Shown: positions 1 to 9,315 of the stretch, piece by piece | Layout: each line of letters opens with the position of its first letter | How positions within the stretch are numbered: position 1 is the stretch's first letter | Program-made: the position numbers and the translations under genes | Assembly (NCBI RefSeq): GCF_001545095.1 | Contig: NZ_CP013213.1 | Span: forward strand, 870,001-902,000 | Length of the DNA stretch: 32,000 nt | Reading direction: 5' to 3' | From: Erysipelothrix larvae | GTDB taxonomy: Bacteria > Bacillota_I > Bacilli_A > Erysipelotrichales > Erysipelotrichaceae | The notes under the pieces: generated by a model | What the model was told of the DNA's origin: nothing | Seen by the model: the letters and a program-made list of their open reading frames with translations, nothing else | The model's database searches: none

Positions 1-741
<741 letters not shown>

Positions 742-838
742 CAAACGTCTTATAAACAACAACACATCCGAAAGGATACAACGTCAACTTATCAATCGAC
801 TTTCTATTATTTAGTTTTGAGAGATTCTCTCAATTTGA

Positions 839-950
<112 letters not shown>

Positions 951-957
951 TTAATCA

Positions 958-988
958 AGGACCTTCACTTTGAGGGTTCTTTTTTTTA
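958..988 (+). terminator. rho-independent terminator closing the rRNA operon
   Basis: Imperfect hairpin AGGACCTT / AGGGTTCT (with wobble pairs) followed by a run of eight T (981-988). Confidence 0.6.
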
Positions 989-1090
989 TAGTACTTTAAA
1001 AAGGTGTGTTGATATGAATAAAATTTTCATCTAGACATAACAAATTAAATTGTAAAATTGACATATTTTTCATCGAACTTCCATATAGTG

Positions 1091-1117
1091 TGATATAATT
1101 AGTTAACCGATTAACTA
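1091..1117 (+). promoter_or_regulatory. extended -10 promoter (TGaTATAAT, 1091-1099) plus 18-bp palindrome TAGTTAACCGATTAACTA (1100-1117); candidate MarR operator
   Basis: TGnTATAAT read directly. The palindrome pairs at 8 of 9 positions. It sits between the -10 and the GAAGGAG RBS of the marR-like gene, the usual place for an autoregulatory MarR box. Confidence 0.5.
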
Positions 1118-1135
1118 TTATGAAGGAGTGATCAT

Positions 1136-1576
1136 ATGTTTGACTTATTAACAGAAACTTTTCGTGCGATGGCACATAAGCAACGAAATGCTTTACGTAC
1201 CGAATTAGCAAAGCACGGTCTCTATTTGGGACAACATCGGATTCTTTTCTTACTCAAAGATCAACCAGGACTGTCTCAAGTTGAAATCTGTGATAACTTG
1301 AATGTAACTAAAGAATCGTTATCCTTAAGTCTTAAACGGCTTCACAATGCTGATCTTGTGTATTGTGAGAAAGATGATCATGATAAAAGAAAGACACTGT
1401 GGTCTTTAACCAATCTTGGATTAGAAAAGGCTCAGGTGTGTAAGAAGGGGTTTAAGTCAGTGAACGAATCGATGTTTGGGGAACTATCACATGAAGAAAT
1501 GATTCAGCTCGAATCATACTTCAATAAAATGATACGGGGGTTAGAAAGAAGAGAGATTGATGAAGAAGTTATTTAG
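1136..1576 (+). CDS. MarR-family transcriptional regulator
   Basis: 146-aa ORF. Winged-helix pattern (LGQHRILFLLKDQPGLSQVEICDNLNVTKESLSLSLKRLHNADLV...DKRK). GGAG RBS 7 nt upstream. The 3' end overlaps the ABC gene start. Confidence 0.8.
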   Translation: MFDLLTETFRAMAHKQRNALRTELAKHGLYLGQHRILFLLKDQPGLSQVEICDNLNVTKESLSLSLKRLHNADLVYCEKDDHDKRKTLWSLTNLGLEKAQVCKKGFKSVNESMFGELSHEEMIQLESYFNKMIRGLERREIDEEVI

Positions 1577-3296
1577 TATTTTTAAACCCAGTATTCCACT
1601 TGCCCTTGTTGGCGTTGTAATGGTTGGAAGTGTGGCATTGATTGAACTCTATCAAATTCAATTAATGGCACAAATTATTGATGTAGGAATTGCAAATCAA
1701 GATATGAGTGTTATTGTACGGGTCGGCTCATTAATGGTAGGTCTGGCCTTAATTGGCGCGGTGATTGCGGTGTTGGGACTTATCATTCCTGCACATGTGT
1801 CAACGCTTTTTGGGTTTAATCTCAGATTATATTTATTTGATAAGATTCAAAACTTCTCAGTTAAAAATGTTAACAAATTTTCAAGTGCGTCCTTAGTTAC
1901 GCGATTAACTAATGATATTGATGTTGTTTCGAGAACCCTTATGACCATTTTAAGACTTCTTGTAAGAGCACCAATCCTTATGGTCAGTGCTGTGTATATG
2001 ACCTATATCACGAATAAAGAGTTATCCTATGTAATGCTTGTTGCAATTGTAATATTATCGACTATTTTAGTAACAGTGATTCAACTTGGTTTCTCGCGTT
2101 TTGTCTTCTTGCAAGAAAAAGTAGACCAGTTGAATCGAAAAATACAAGAATCATTGGTAAATATTCGTGTGATTAAATCCTTCGTACGTGAAGATTTTGA
2201 AGACGAAGGGTTTGAAAAAGAAAACGAAGCTTTTTATAATGCAGCAATGCGTGCGAATTTATTGATGTTAATCAGTAACCCTGCACTTATGGCAGCAATT
2301 AACTTCGCAACAATTATCATTGTTTATATGAGTTCTTTCTTAATTATTGATAGCCAAATCTTACAAATCGGTGACTTACTGGTCTTTGTCAATTATTTAA
2401 GATTTACCATGTTTTCTATGATGATGTTGAGTTTCGTATTTACGATGGTTACCCGTTCTAAAGCATCACTTATTCGGATTAAAGAAGTAATTGTGGAACC
2501 CATTGATATCACAAATCCCATCGAACCAACACGTGTATCCAAGGAAAGTGGCACCATTGAATTCAAAAATGTAAGTTTCAATTACTTTGGTCATGAAGCA
2601 GATGATGTTCTCAGCGATATCAACCTTCACATTCAAAAAGGTGAACACATTGGAATTATTGGAAGTACAGGAGCAGGAAAGTCAACCTTAGTCAATTTAT
2701 TAGTGCGGTTGGTTGATGTATCTCAGGGAGAAATATTGTTGAATGGAACAGATATTCGACATATGGATGTTTTTGAGCTTAGATCTCATTTTGGATTTGT
2801 ACCTCAAAAGAATGTCCTGTTTTCGGGAACTATTGCGGATAATTTGAAATTTGGATCACAATTAGTTGATGAAGATGCAATGATTAAAGCAACACAAACT
2901 GCATCAATCTATGACTTTATTAACAATTCAAAAGATCAATTCGAGTCGACAGTTGTACAAGGCGGTACAAACTTTTCAGGTGGGCAACGCCAACGGTTAT
3001 GTATTGCCCGAGCTTTAGCAATCAATCCAAATATATTGGTGCTTGATGATAGTACCTCTGCTTTAGATGCTGCAACTGAAAGTGCTGTTATGAAAGCAAT
3101 TGACGATAACTACCCGACCCTCACCTTAATTAATATTGCGCAAAAAATAAGCTCAGTACGTATGATGGACCGCATTGTTGTATTAAATGAAGGGCAAATA
3201 GTAGGCCTTGGAACACATGATGATTTATTGGAACACTGTACCGTATACCAAGAAATCTATGAGTCACAAATGAGAAAGGAAGCATCATATGAGTGA
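1560..3296 (+). CDS. ABC exporter, fused permease/ATPase, degenerate-NBD subunit of a heterodimer
   Basis: N-terminal 6-TM region. Walker A GSTGAGKST, signature FSGGQ. Walker B is ILVLDD (Asp in place of the catalytic Glu) and the H-loop is IAQKIS (Gln in place of His). Start taken at ATG 1560; the ORF track uses TTG 1557. Confidence 0.9.
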   Translation: MKKLFSIFKPSIPLALVGVVMVGSVALIELYQIQLMAQIIDVGIANQDMSVIVRVGSLMVGLALIGAVIAVLGLIIPAHVSTLFGFNLRLYLFDKIQNFSVKNVNKFSSASLVTRLTNDIDVVSRTLMTILRLLVRAPILMVSAVYMTYITNKELSYVMLVAIVILSTILVTVIQLGFSRFVFLQEKVDQLNRKIQESLVNIRVIKSFVREDFEDEGFEKENEAFYNAAMRANLLMLISNPALMAAINFATIIIVYMSSFLIIDSQILQIGDLLVFVNYLRFTMFSMMMLSFVFTMVTRSKASLIRIKEVIVEPIDITNPIEPTRVSKESGTIEFKNVSFNYFGHEADDVLSDINLHIQKGEHIGIIGSTGAGKSTLVNLLVRLVDVSQGEILLNGTDIRHMDVFELRSHFGFVPQKNVLFSGTIADNLKFGSQLVDEDAMIKATQTASIYDFINNSKDQFESTVVQGGTNFSGGQRQRLCIARALAINPNILVLDDSTSALDAATESAVMKAIDDNYPTLTLINIAQKISSVRMMDRIVVLNEGQIVGLGTHDDLLEHCTVYQEIYESQMRKEASYE

Positions 3297-5079
3297 GAAG
3301 ACACTAAAAGTAGGGGGAAAACCCAAACAAAAAGGTGGAACACTAAGACGCCTCTTAGGATATCTTGGAAGAAATAAATTTCTATTATTTACCGTATTTA
3401 TCCTATCTGCGATTTCTACACTTGGTGCTGTCTATGGTTCATATGCAATTTCGCCCTTAATTACAATTATTGAAAATGGTCTGAATGGAACCATCTCACG
3501 TGTGGATGTAACCACACAATTAATTCGACAGCTGTCTATCCTATTTATCATTTATGCTTTTGAAATTGTAGCGAGTTATCTATCATCTAGATTCATGGTT
3601 AAGATATCACAACAAGCAGTAAAAGATATTCGAAAAGATATGTTCTCGCGCATTCTTCGCATTGATATTCGTTATCATGATATAAATACACATGGTGAGC
3701 TTATGAGTCGATTTATTAATGATATTGATTTAGTGACCGAAGGGTTAAACTCAGCAGCAGCGTCACTTGTGTCCAATGCATTATCCCTTGTGGGAACACT
3801 CATTGCAATGTTTATTTTAAGCCCAATTCTAACCATTGCCACTGTGATTATCTTGCCTTTACTTTCCTTAATGTCGCGTACGGTTGTGAAATTTAGCCGT
3901 AAGTATGCAAAACTGCAACAACAATCTCTTGGGAAATTGAATGGATTTGTGGAAGAAGCCATGGAAGGTCAAATTGTAACCCAGCTGTTTAACCACCAAG
4001 AACAATCCAATCAAGAGATGCGTCGCTTGAGTGAAATATATCGTAAAAATAATAAGTATGCACAAATTACATCCTTGATGATGATTCCTTTAATGCAAAA
4101 TCTAAATACGATTAATTATGCAATCATCGGGGTATTGGGTGGTTACCTTACAATCAATCATGGTTTGTCAGTCGGTAACTTAGGGGCATATGTTAACATG
4201 ACCCGTCGTTTGGGATTCCCAATTAATGAAATCGCAAACCAATATACAATCCTACAATCATCAGTTGCAGCAGCAGAACGTATCTTTGAACTGATTGATT
4301 GGCCACTTGAACCTGTTGACTCAAAAGACATTATGCTCGACCAAGTTGAAGGGGATGTTGTGTTCAGTGATGTTCGATTTGGATACAAGAAAGGCGTTGA
4401 CGTTCTTAAAGGAGTTTCATTTTGGGCGAAAAAAGGACAAAAAATTGCCTTTGTCGGATCTACAGGTTCGGGTAAAACAACCATGATTAACCTGATTACA
4501 CGATTTTATGATATTGACAGTGGGAGTGCTACATTAGATGGCATCGAGTTGAAGGATATAAACCGATACAGTCTTCGTAATCAGATTGCGATGGTGCTTC
4601 AAGACACCCATCTTTTCACAGGAACGATTATGGACAATATTCGATATGGTAATTTAGATGCAAGTGATGAAGCGTGTATTGAAGCTGCTAAGCTAGCAAA
4701 TGCCCATCACTTCATTAAACGACTTGAATACGGATATCAAACTGTAATCAGTGGATCAGGGGATGAACTTTCCCAAGGCCAACGACAACTTTTAAATATT
4801 GCTCGGGCTGCGGTTGCTAATCCAAAAATCTTAATACTTGATGAAGCAACTTCAAGTATCGATACACGAACCGAACGCCTTATTGAGAAAGGAATGGACC
4901 GTTTGATGGCTGGAAGAACAACATTCATTATTGCCCACAGACTTTCAACAGTTAGGAATTCAGACGCAATTCTCGTATTGGAACAAGGGGAAATCCTTGA
5001 GCGTGGTGATCATGATTCTCTGCTTAAATTGGGTGGTCGCTATGCATCCCTCTATACAGGGCAAAGTGAGCTCGAATAA
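3289..5079 (+). CDS. ABC exporter, fused permease/ATPase, canonical-NBD subunit of a heterodimer
   Basis: Walker A GSTGSGKTT, Walker B ILILDE, H-loop IIAHRLS, but a deviant signature LSQGQ. Overlaps the upstream gene by 8 nt. AAAGGAAG RBS. Confidence 0.9.
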   Translation: MSEKTLKVGGKPKQKGGTLRRLLGYLGRNKFLLFTVFILSAISTLGAVYGSYAISPLITIIENGLNGTISRVDVTTQLIRQLSILFIIYAFEIVASYLSSRFMVKISQQAVKDIRKDMFSRILRIDIRYHDINTHGELMSRFINDIDLVTEGLNSAAASLVSNALSLVGTLIAMFILSPILTIATVIILPLLSLMSRTVVKFSRKYAKLQQQSLGKLNGFVEEAMEGQIVTQLFNHQEQSNQEMRRLSEIYRKNNKYAQITSLMMIPLMQNLNTINYAIIGVLGGYLTINHGLSVGNLGAYVNMTRRLGFPINEIANQYTILQSSVAAAERIFELIDWPLEPVDSKDIMLDQVEGDVVFSDVRFGYKKGVDVLKGVSFWAKKGQKIAFVGSTGSGKTTMINLITRFYDIDSGSATLDGIELKDINRYSLRNQIAMVLQDTHLFTGTIMDNIRYGNLDASDEACIEAAKLANAHHFIKRLEYGYQTVISGSGDELSQGQRQLLNIARAAVANPKILILDEATSSIDTRTERLIEKGMDRLMAGRTTFIIAHRLSTVRNSDAILVLEQGEILERGDHDSLLKLGGRYASLYTGQSELE

Positions 5080-5158
5080 ATGTTATGAATAATTTAGTAC
5101 CTTTCTTCATGATAGCGTAAATTAATGCTATAATATGCAAAAAGGGAGTGATTATTTC

Positions 5159-5845
5159 ATGCTTAGAGTGGAATTTTTAGGCCACAGTGGATTTGTTGTT
5201 GAAACGGACAAAGCAGTCTATGTTTTTGACTTCGTTTACGGGAACCTTCCATCACATTATTTAAAGAATGAATCAAAACCGGTGTTATTTTTAGTGTCGC
5301 ATCATCACGAAGACCACTATTCAACATCGGTTTTTGCGTATCAAATGACGACAATTCTCTCATTTGATATCGATGTAGTACCCTATCGTGATGTCTTTAA
5401 GGTAAGACCAGGGGATAATATCAACTTAGGATTTGCGAAAATCTTTGTTTACCCAAGCACAGATGATGGTGTCAGTTATGTGATTCAAGAAGATAACCTA
5501 ACATTTATGCACAGTGGTGATTTAAATGATTGGCATTGGAAAACAGATTCAGGTGTAAACGAAGCAAAAGAAGCAACACGCAGTTTCAGAGAAATTGTAG
5601 ATCGTCTAGTTCAATATAAAGGCATGGATTTGATGATGTTTCCAGTCGATCCAAGACTTGGAAGAGATTTTGATCAAGGCGCGCGTTATATCATTGAAAA
5701 ACTTGAACCTAAAATCTTCATTCCGATGCATTATAGGGGGCAAATTGAACGGCTCACGCCATTTATAGAATGGACACAAACAGTGCCTTCTGTGCATTTT
5801 GAAATTCCACGACATGACAATAAGTACTTCAACTTTGAAATTTAA
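5159..5845 (+). CDS. MBL-fold metallo-hydrolase
   Basis: HxHxDH motif (SHHHEDH). Start moved to ATG 5159, which follows an AAGGGAG RBS. TGcTATAAT extended -10 at 5126-5134. Confidence 0.75.
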   Translation: MLRVEFLGHSGFVVETDKAVYVFDFVYGNLPSHYLKNESKPVLFLVSHHHEDHYSTSVFAYQMTTILSFDIDVVPYRDVFKVRPGDNINLGFAKIFVYPSTDDGVSYVIQEDNLTFMHSGDLNDWHWKTDSGVNEAKEATRSFREIVDRLVQYKGMDLMMFPVDPRLGRDFDQGARYIIEKLEPKIFIPMHYRGQIERLTPFIEWTQTVPSVHFEIPRHDNKYFNFEI

Positions 5846-6482
5846 AGCAATTATATTCGACTTAGATGGGACCCTTGTAGATTCTTTGTTTGATTTGGGG
5901 TCAAGCATGAATAAGGTTCTTTTACGTCATAACTATCCAATCCATGCAATGGATCGGTATCGACACTTTGTTGGCAACGGAATGCGTAAACTCGTGGAAC
6001 GCGCATTACCCAACACTTTTGAACATGATATAGAATTCTATTTAGACGAACTCTTGACAATTTATGCTGATAACTGTTTAATGAAGACACAGACATACAC
6101 TGGAATCGAAGCATTGTTACAACAACTAAAGGATGCATCGATTCAAATGGCAATCATAACAAATAAGAAACATGAGCTTACAGATAAAATCATAGAGGAT
6201 CTGTTAAGTGATTTCACTTTTGAAGCAGTGATGGGAGATTTAAATGATGGCAAACGCAAACCGGATCCATATCACACACTTGCTGTGATGGAAACGATGG
6301 GTGTAAGACCATCTGAAGTACTCTTTGTGGGGGATTCAAATGTTGACATTGAGACAGCACAGAATGCAGGTGTAGAATCATGTGGTGTATTATGGGGATT
6401 TCGCACAAAAACAGAACTCATTGACGCAGGTGCTACCTATGTCGTTGAGAAACCATCAGAAATCTTCGAAATAATTCACTGA
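5814..6482 (+). CDS. HAD-IA family phosphatase (phosphoglycolate phosphatase-like)
   Basis: HAD motifs I (IIFDLDGTL), II (ITNK), III (GKRKPDP) and IV (VGDSNVD). The start is ambiguous: TTG 5799, ATG 5814 or TTG 5835. None has a clear SD and all overlap the upstream gene. Confidence 0.8.
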   Translation: MTISTSTLKFKAIIFDLDGTLVDSLFDLGSSMNKVLLRHNYPIHAMDRYRHFVGNGMRKLVERALPNTFEHDIEFYLDELLTIYADNCLMKTQTYTGIEALLQQLKDASIQMAIITNKKHELTDKIIEDLLSDFTFEAVMGDLNDGKRKPDPYHTLAVMETMGVRPSEVLFVGDSNVDIETAQNAGVESCGVLWGFRTKTELIDAGATYVVEKPSEIFEIIH

Positions 6483-6552
6483 AAACACATACATGGTGGC
6501 TACCTAAATTGAGCCAAATATGTTAAACTTGGAGGGTAAGGGGTATTTTTTT

Positions 6553-8202
6553 ATGGATGATAAACGACTCATATATATATGCGGGCATCAATTTCCGGAT
6601 ACAGATTCAGTTGTATCAGCAATTGCTTATGCTCACTTAAAGCAAAGAAAAGGGATTAATGCAGTTGCATGCCGACTAGGGCCAATTAATGCAGAGACAG
6701 CATTTGTTCTTGAACGTTTTGGAATACGCAAGCCAATCTTATTGAAAGATGCACGTGCAACCTTAGAGGAAATAGAAATGGATGACGTCGTTTCAGTACG
6801 CATTCATACTACAATTAAAGAAGCCATGGAATTGATGTCTGAAACTGGAACACGAACACTTGCGGTTGTAAATGAAAAAAATCAACTGTTGGGCGTTGTA
6901 ACAAACTCCAATCTTGCTTATGTAGCGATTGGAGATACTGCACATACAATCAAAATGCTACAACAAACTCCAGTTGAAAATATCGCGAAGTCTATTGAAG
7001 GAAAAATTGTTTACGCGCCTTTAGATTTTAAATTTAATGGTAAAGTAAGTATTGTTGCGATCGCATCAACTAAGCTCCAAAATTATGAATTAAGTGGTAG
7101 ACTCGTTGTCATCGGAAATGACACGGATTCACAAATAGAAGCAATCAATCGAGGGGCAGCTTGTATCGTAACGGTATGGACAAAAGAAATTGCACCGGAA
7201 GTAATTGAAATGGCAAAAGAACATAATTGTGCCATTATCATGTCAGAGCATGGTTCTTTGAACACATCACGATACATCTTCTTTGCACCAAGTGTCGATA
7301 AGGTTATGTCAAGTGACCCAATTTACTTTAACAAAAGCGAATTTATCGATGATGCAGCCGATCGTATGTTGAAAACACGATACCGTTCCTATCCAGTTGT
7401 AGATGATCAAAATCGAATTTATGGTTTTGTATCTCGGTTTCACGTACTCAACAGTAAGAATAAGCGCGTGATTCTAGTTGACCACAATGAGTATTCTCAA
7501 AGTGTAGTAGGAATCGAAGAAGCTGAAGTACTTGAAGTGATTGATCACCATCGAATTGGTGATGTCAGCACCGCAAAACCAATCTATTTCAGAAATGAAA
7601 TTATAGGCTCAACAGCTTCAATCGTTGCGAAAATGTATGAAGAAGCAGGGGAGCAAATTCCAAAAGATATCGCTGGTTTACTCCTTGCAGCAATGATTTC
7701 TGATACATTGAATCTCAAATCGCCAACAACAACACCGCAGGATCTCAAAATCGCGGAGAAACTTTGTCAAATATCTGAAATCAATCGCGATGATTTTGCC
7801 CGTGAGATGTTTGAAATAACATCCTCTATTGGTAATAAATCATACGAAGAAATCATTAATCAAGATATTAAAAGTTTCAACCTATCAGGACACAATGTCG
7901 TGATAGGACAAGTCGTAGTTTATGAGTTTGATGAAGTCAACAATATCTTGGATGAATTCACCGATGCAATGGATCAATATGTAAAGGTAAACAAAATTGA
8001 CCTGCTTACCATTGTATTCACAAGTATTGTTGATAATGGATCAATTATCCTGGCTGCAGGTGAAATGAAAAAAGCAGTTCATGATGCATTTCCAAATCGT
8101 GAGGGTGAACGATATTCGTTCTTCTCTGATGTTGTGTCACGTAAAAATCAAATTGTTCCTAAATTATCTTATGCATTATCCCAATATAAAACATCAAAAT
8201 GA
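6553..8202 (+). CDS. ppaC: CBS-domain-containing family II (DHH/DHHA2) inorganic pyrophosphatase
   Basis: DHH-family motifs GHQFPDTDS, VDHNE and IDHHRIGD. A ~250-aa regulatory insert of CBS-pair type sits between motifs. C-terminal DHHA2-like region. Start at ATG 6553 after a purine-rich AAGGGG. Confidence 0.75.
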   Translation: MDDKRLIYICGHQFPDTDSVVSAIAYAHLKQRKGINAVACRLGPINAETAFVLERFGIRKPILLKDARATLEEIEMDDVVSVRIHTTIKEAMELMSETGTRTLAVVNEKNQLLGVVTNSNLAYVAIGDTAHTIKMLQQTPVENIAKSIEGKIVYAPLDFKFNGKVSIVAIASTKLQNYELSGRLVVIGNDTDSQIEAINRGAACIVTVWTKEIAPEVIEMAKEHNCAIIMSEHGSLNTSRYIFFAPSVDKVMSSDPIYFNKSEFIDDAADRMLKTRYRSYPVVDDQNRIYGFVSRFHVLNSKNKRVILVDHNEYSQSVVGIEEAEVLEVIDHHRIGDVSTAKPIYFRNEIIGSTASIVAKMYEEAGEQIPKDIAGLLLAAMISDTLNLKSPTTTPQDLKIAEKLCQISEINRDDFAREMFEITSSIGNKSYEEIINQDIKSFNLSGHNVVIGQVVVYEFDEVNNILDEFTDAMDQYVKVNKIDLLTIVFTSIVDNGSIILAAGEMKKAVHDAFPNREGERYSFFSDVVSRKNQIVPKLSYALSQYKTSK

Positions 8203-8275
8203 GATGCTTTCCAAACTGGCTCTAAACCAAAGAACATAAATTAGCCAAAAACGAAAATATTTTCTATGCTTAAAG

Positions 8276-8311
8276 AGGTACTATCACGAATAAGTGGTAG
8301 TACCTTTTTAT
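8276..8311 (+). terminator. rho-independent terminator
   Basis: 12-bp stem AGGTACTATCAC / GTGGTAGTACCT (one G-U pair), 6-nt loop, then TTTTTA. Confidence 0.8.
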
Positions 8312-8825
8312 CGATAAGCTAGAAGTTTATAATTCTCTGTGTTTTGGGTAAACAAAAAATTAAATTTTTGGTCAAATTACTTATTGATGGTATTTATTTA
8401 AATCTGTAAATCTTAGTAAAGAGCGTTAAGGTCGTTTACATAACTGGGAACTTCATAGTTTTCTGCAGTTCTGTGAATCTTTGACGCCTTCTTTCACTTC
8501 TGCTGAAGGGTTGTAATAAAATGCCTGAGTTTGACTAATACGTCCTTTAAGTTCTTCTAGTTTTTATACACCGGTTTTTTTTACGCTCTTGGTATAAATA
8601 TCAATTACTTTTTAAGAATATAAATAAAATGTATCTTAATATGAACCAAACCCTAAATCTGTTAGAATAATTTCTAGCTAAGTAACACAAGTAAAATTTC
8701 TTTCTTGTAGAAGAAAAAAATATCATCAAATATGATAATAAACGGTGATTTTTCACAAAATAAGCCATCTAAAGAACGAACTTTGTTAAAAATAATAAAA
8801 TATGTACATAATCCGGTTATATTAA

Positions 8826-8854
8826 TTGAAAGAAACGTGAAAACTCCCTATAAT
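8826..8854 (+). promoter_or_regulatory. near-consensus sigma-A promoter of the pilus locus (TTGAAA-17 nt-TATAAT)
   Basis: -35 TTGAAA at 8826-8831, exact 17-nt spacer, -10 TATAAT at 8849-8854. Lies 45 nt upstream of the first pilin ATG. Confidence 0.6.
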
Positions 8855-8898
8855 TTGGTTACAATCTTCATAGAAATGAACGAAAGCGAGAAAAACTG

Positions 8899-9165
8899 AT
8901 GAAAAAAGGGTTCACTTTAATCGAAGTTGTAGTTGCTTTAGCTCTATTGATTATTGTAGTTGCGGTCGTGAGTACAGCATTTGCTTTAACTGGTAGAGTT
9001 AACGCTGCAGCTAATCAAAAAATAACAGCCCAACAGGTTGCGGTGAACGCAACAGAAGAGCTGAGATATTTAGCAATCAATGAAAGCACTGATAAAGACA
9101 GTTTGTTAGTAAGTTTATCAGAAACTGATTTGTTTGGAACTTACAATGTTTTATCGGCGGTCTGA
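8899..9165 (+). pseudogene. minor (pseudo)pilin, N-terminal fragment truncated by IS insertion
   Basis: MKKG|FTLIEVVVALALL class III (prepilin) signal with Glu+5. The native frame leaves the gene at 9155 and runs 3 codons into the IS to a TGA at 9163-9165. Confidence 0.85.
9148..9155. repeat. target-site duplication GTTTTATC (left copy)
   Basis: Identical 8-mer at 11681-11688, directly flanking the IS. 8 bp is the TSD length typical of ISL3-family elements. Confidence 0.8.
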
Positions 9166-9245
9166 AATAACTTGGGGATAATTCAGAAAATGATATAAAA
9201 TAACTTGGGGAGTAAGTTACCCCAAACAAGTTTGTTAAAGACCAA

Positions 9246-9286
9246 AGGGAAGCGTAGTCGCACATGACTATAGCTTCCCTCTTTTT
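9246..9286. terminator. hairpin terminator downstream of the transposase, also oriented to stop + strand read-in
   Basis: AGGGAAGC (9246-9253) pairs with GCTTCCCT (9273-9280). Inner stem TAGTC/GACTA. Followed on + by CTTTTTG and on - by TTTGGTCTTT. Confidence 0.6.
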
Positions 9287-9315
9287 GTTATAGTATATCA
9301 ATAATGAGTCATTTC

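Noticed and set aside
951-1135. tRNA genes downstream of the 5S, as often found at the ends of Firmicute rrn operons
   Set aside because: A terminator follows the 5S directly, and the remaining sequence is an AT-rich promoter region with no cloverleaf-compatible segment.
996-1211. 71-aa ORF on the minus strand
   Set aside because: It overlaps the rRNA terminator, the marR promoter and the marR start. It is AT-rich low-complexity, has no RBS and no recognisable motif.
8312-8898. c-di-GMP riboswitch or other leader RNA upstream of the pilus operon, as in Clostridioides difficile pilA1
   Set aside because: I looked for the GC-rich conserved cores of GEMM-I/II and found nothing resembling them. 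With the promoter at 8826-8854 the leader is only ~40 nt. A covariance-model scan (Rfam/Infernal) would be decisive.
8732-8899. 55-aa ORF ending in a TGATG overlap with the first pilin ATG
   Set aside because: No Shine-Dalgarno. The predicted pil promoter lies inside it. AT-rich spacers throw up such frames by chance. It would only be worth revisiting if Ribo-seq shows translation.
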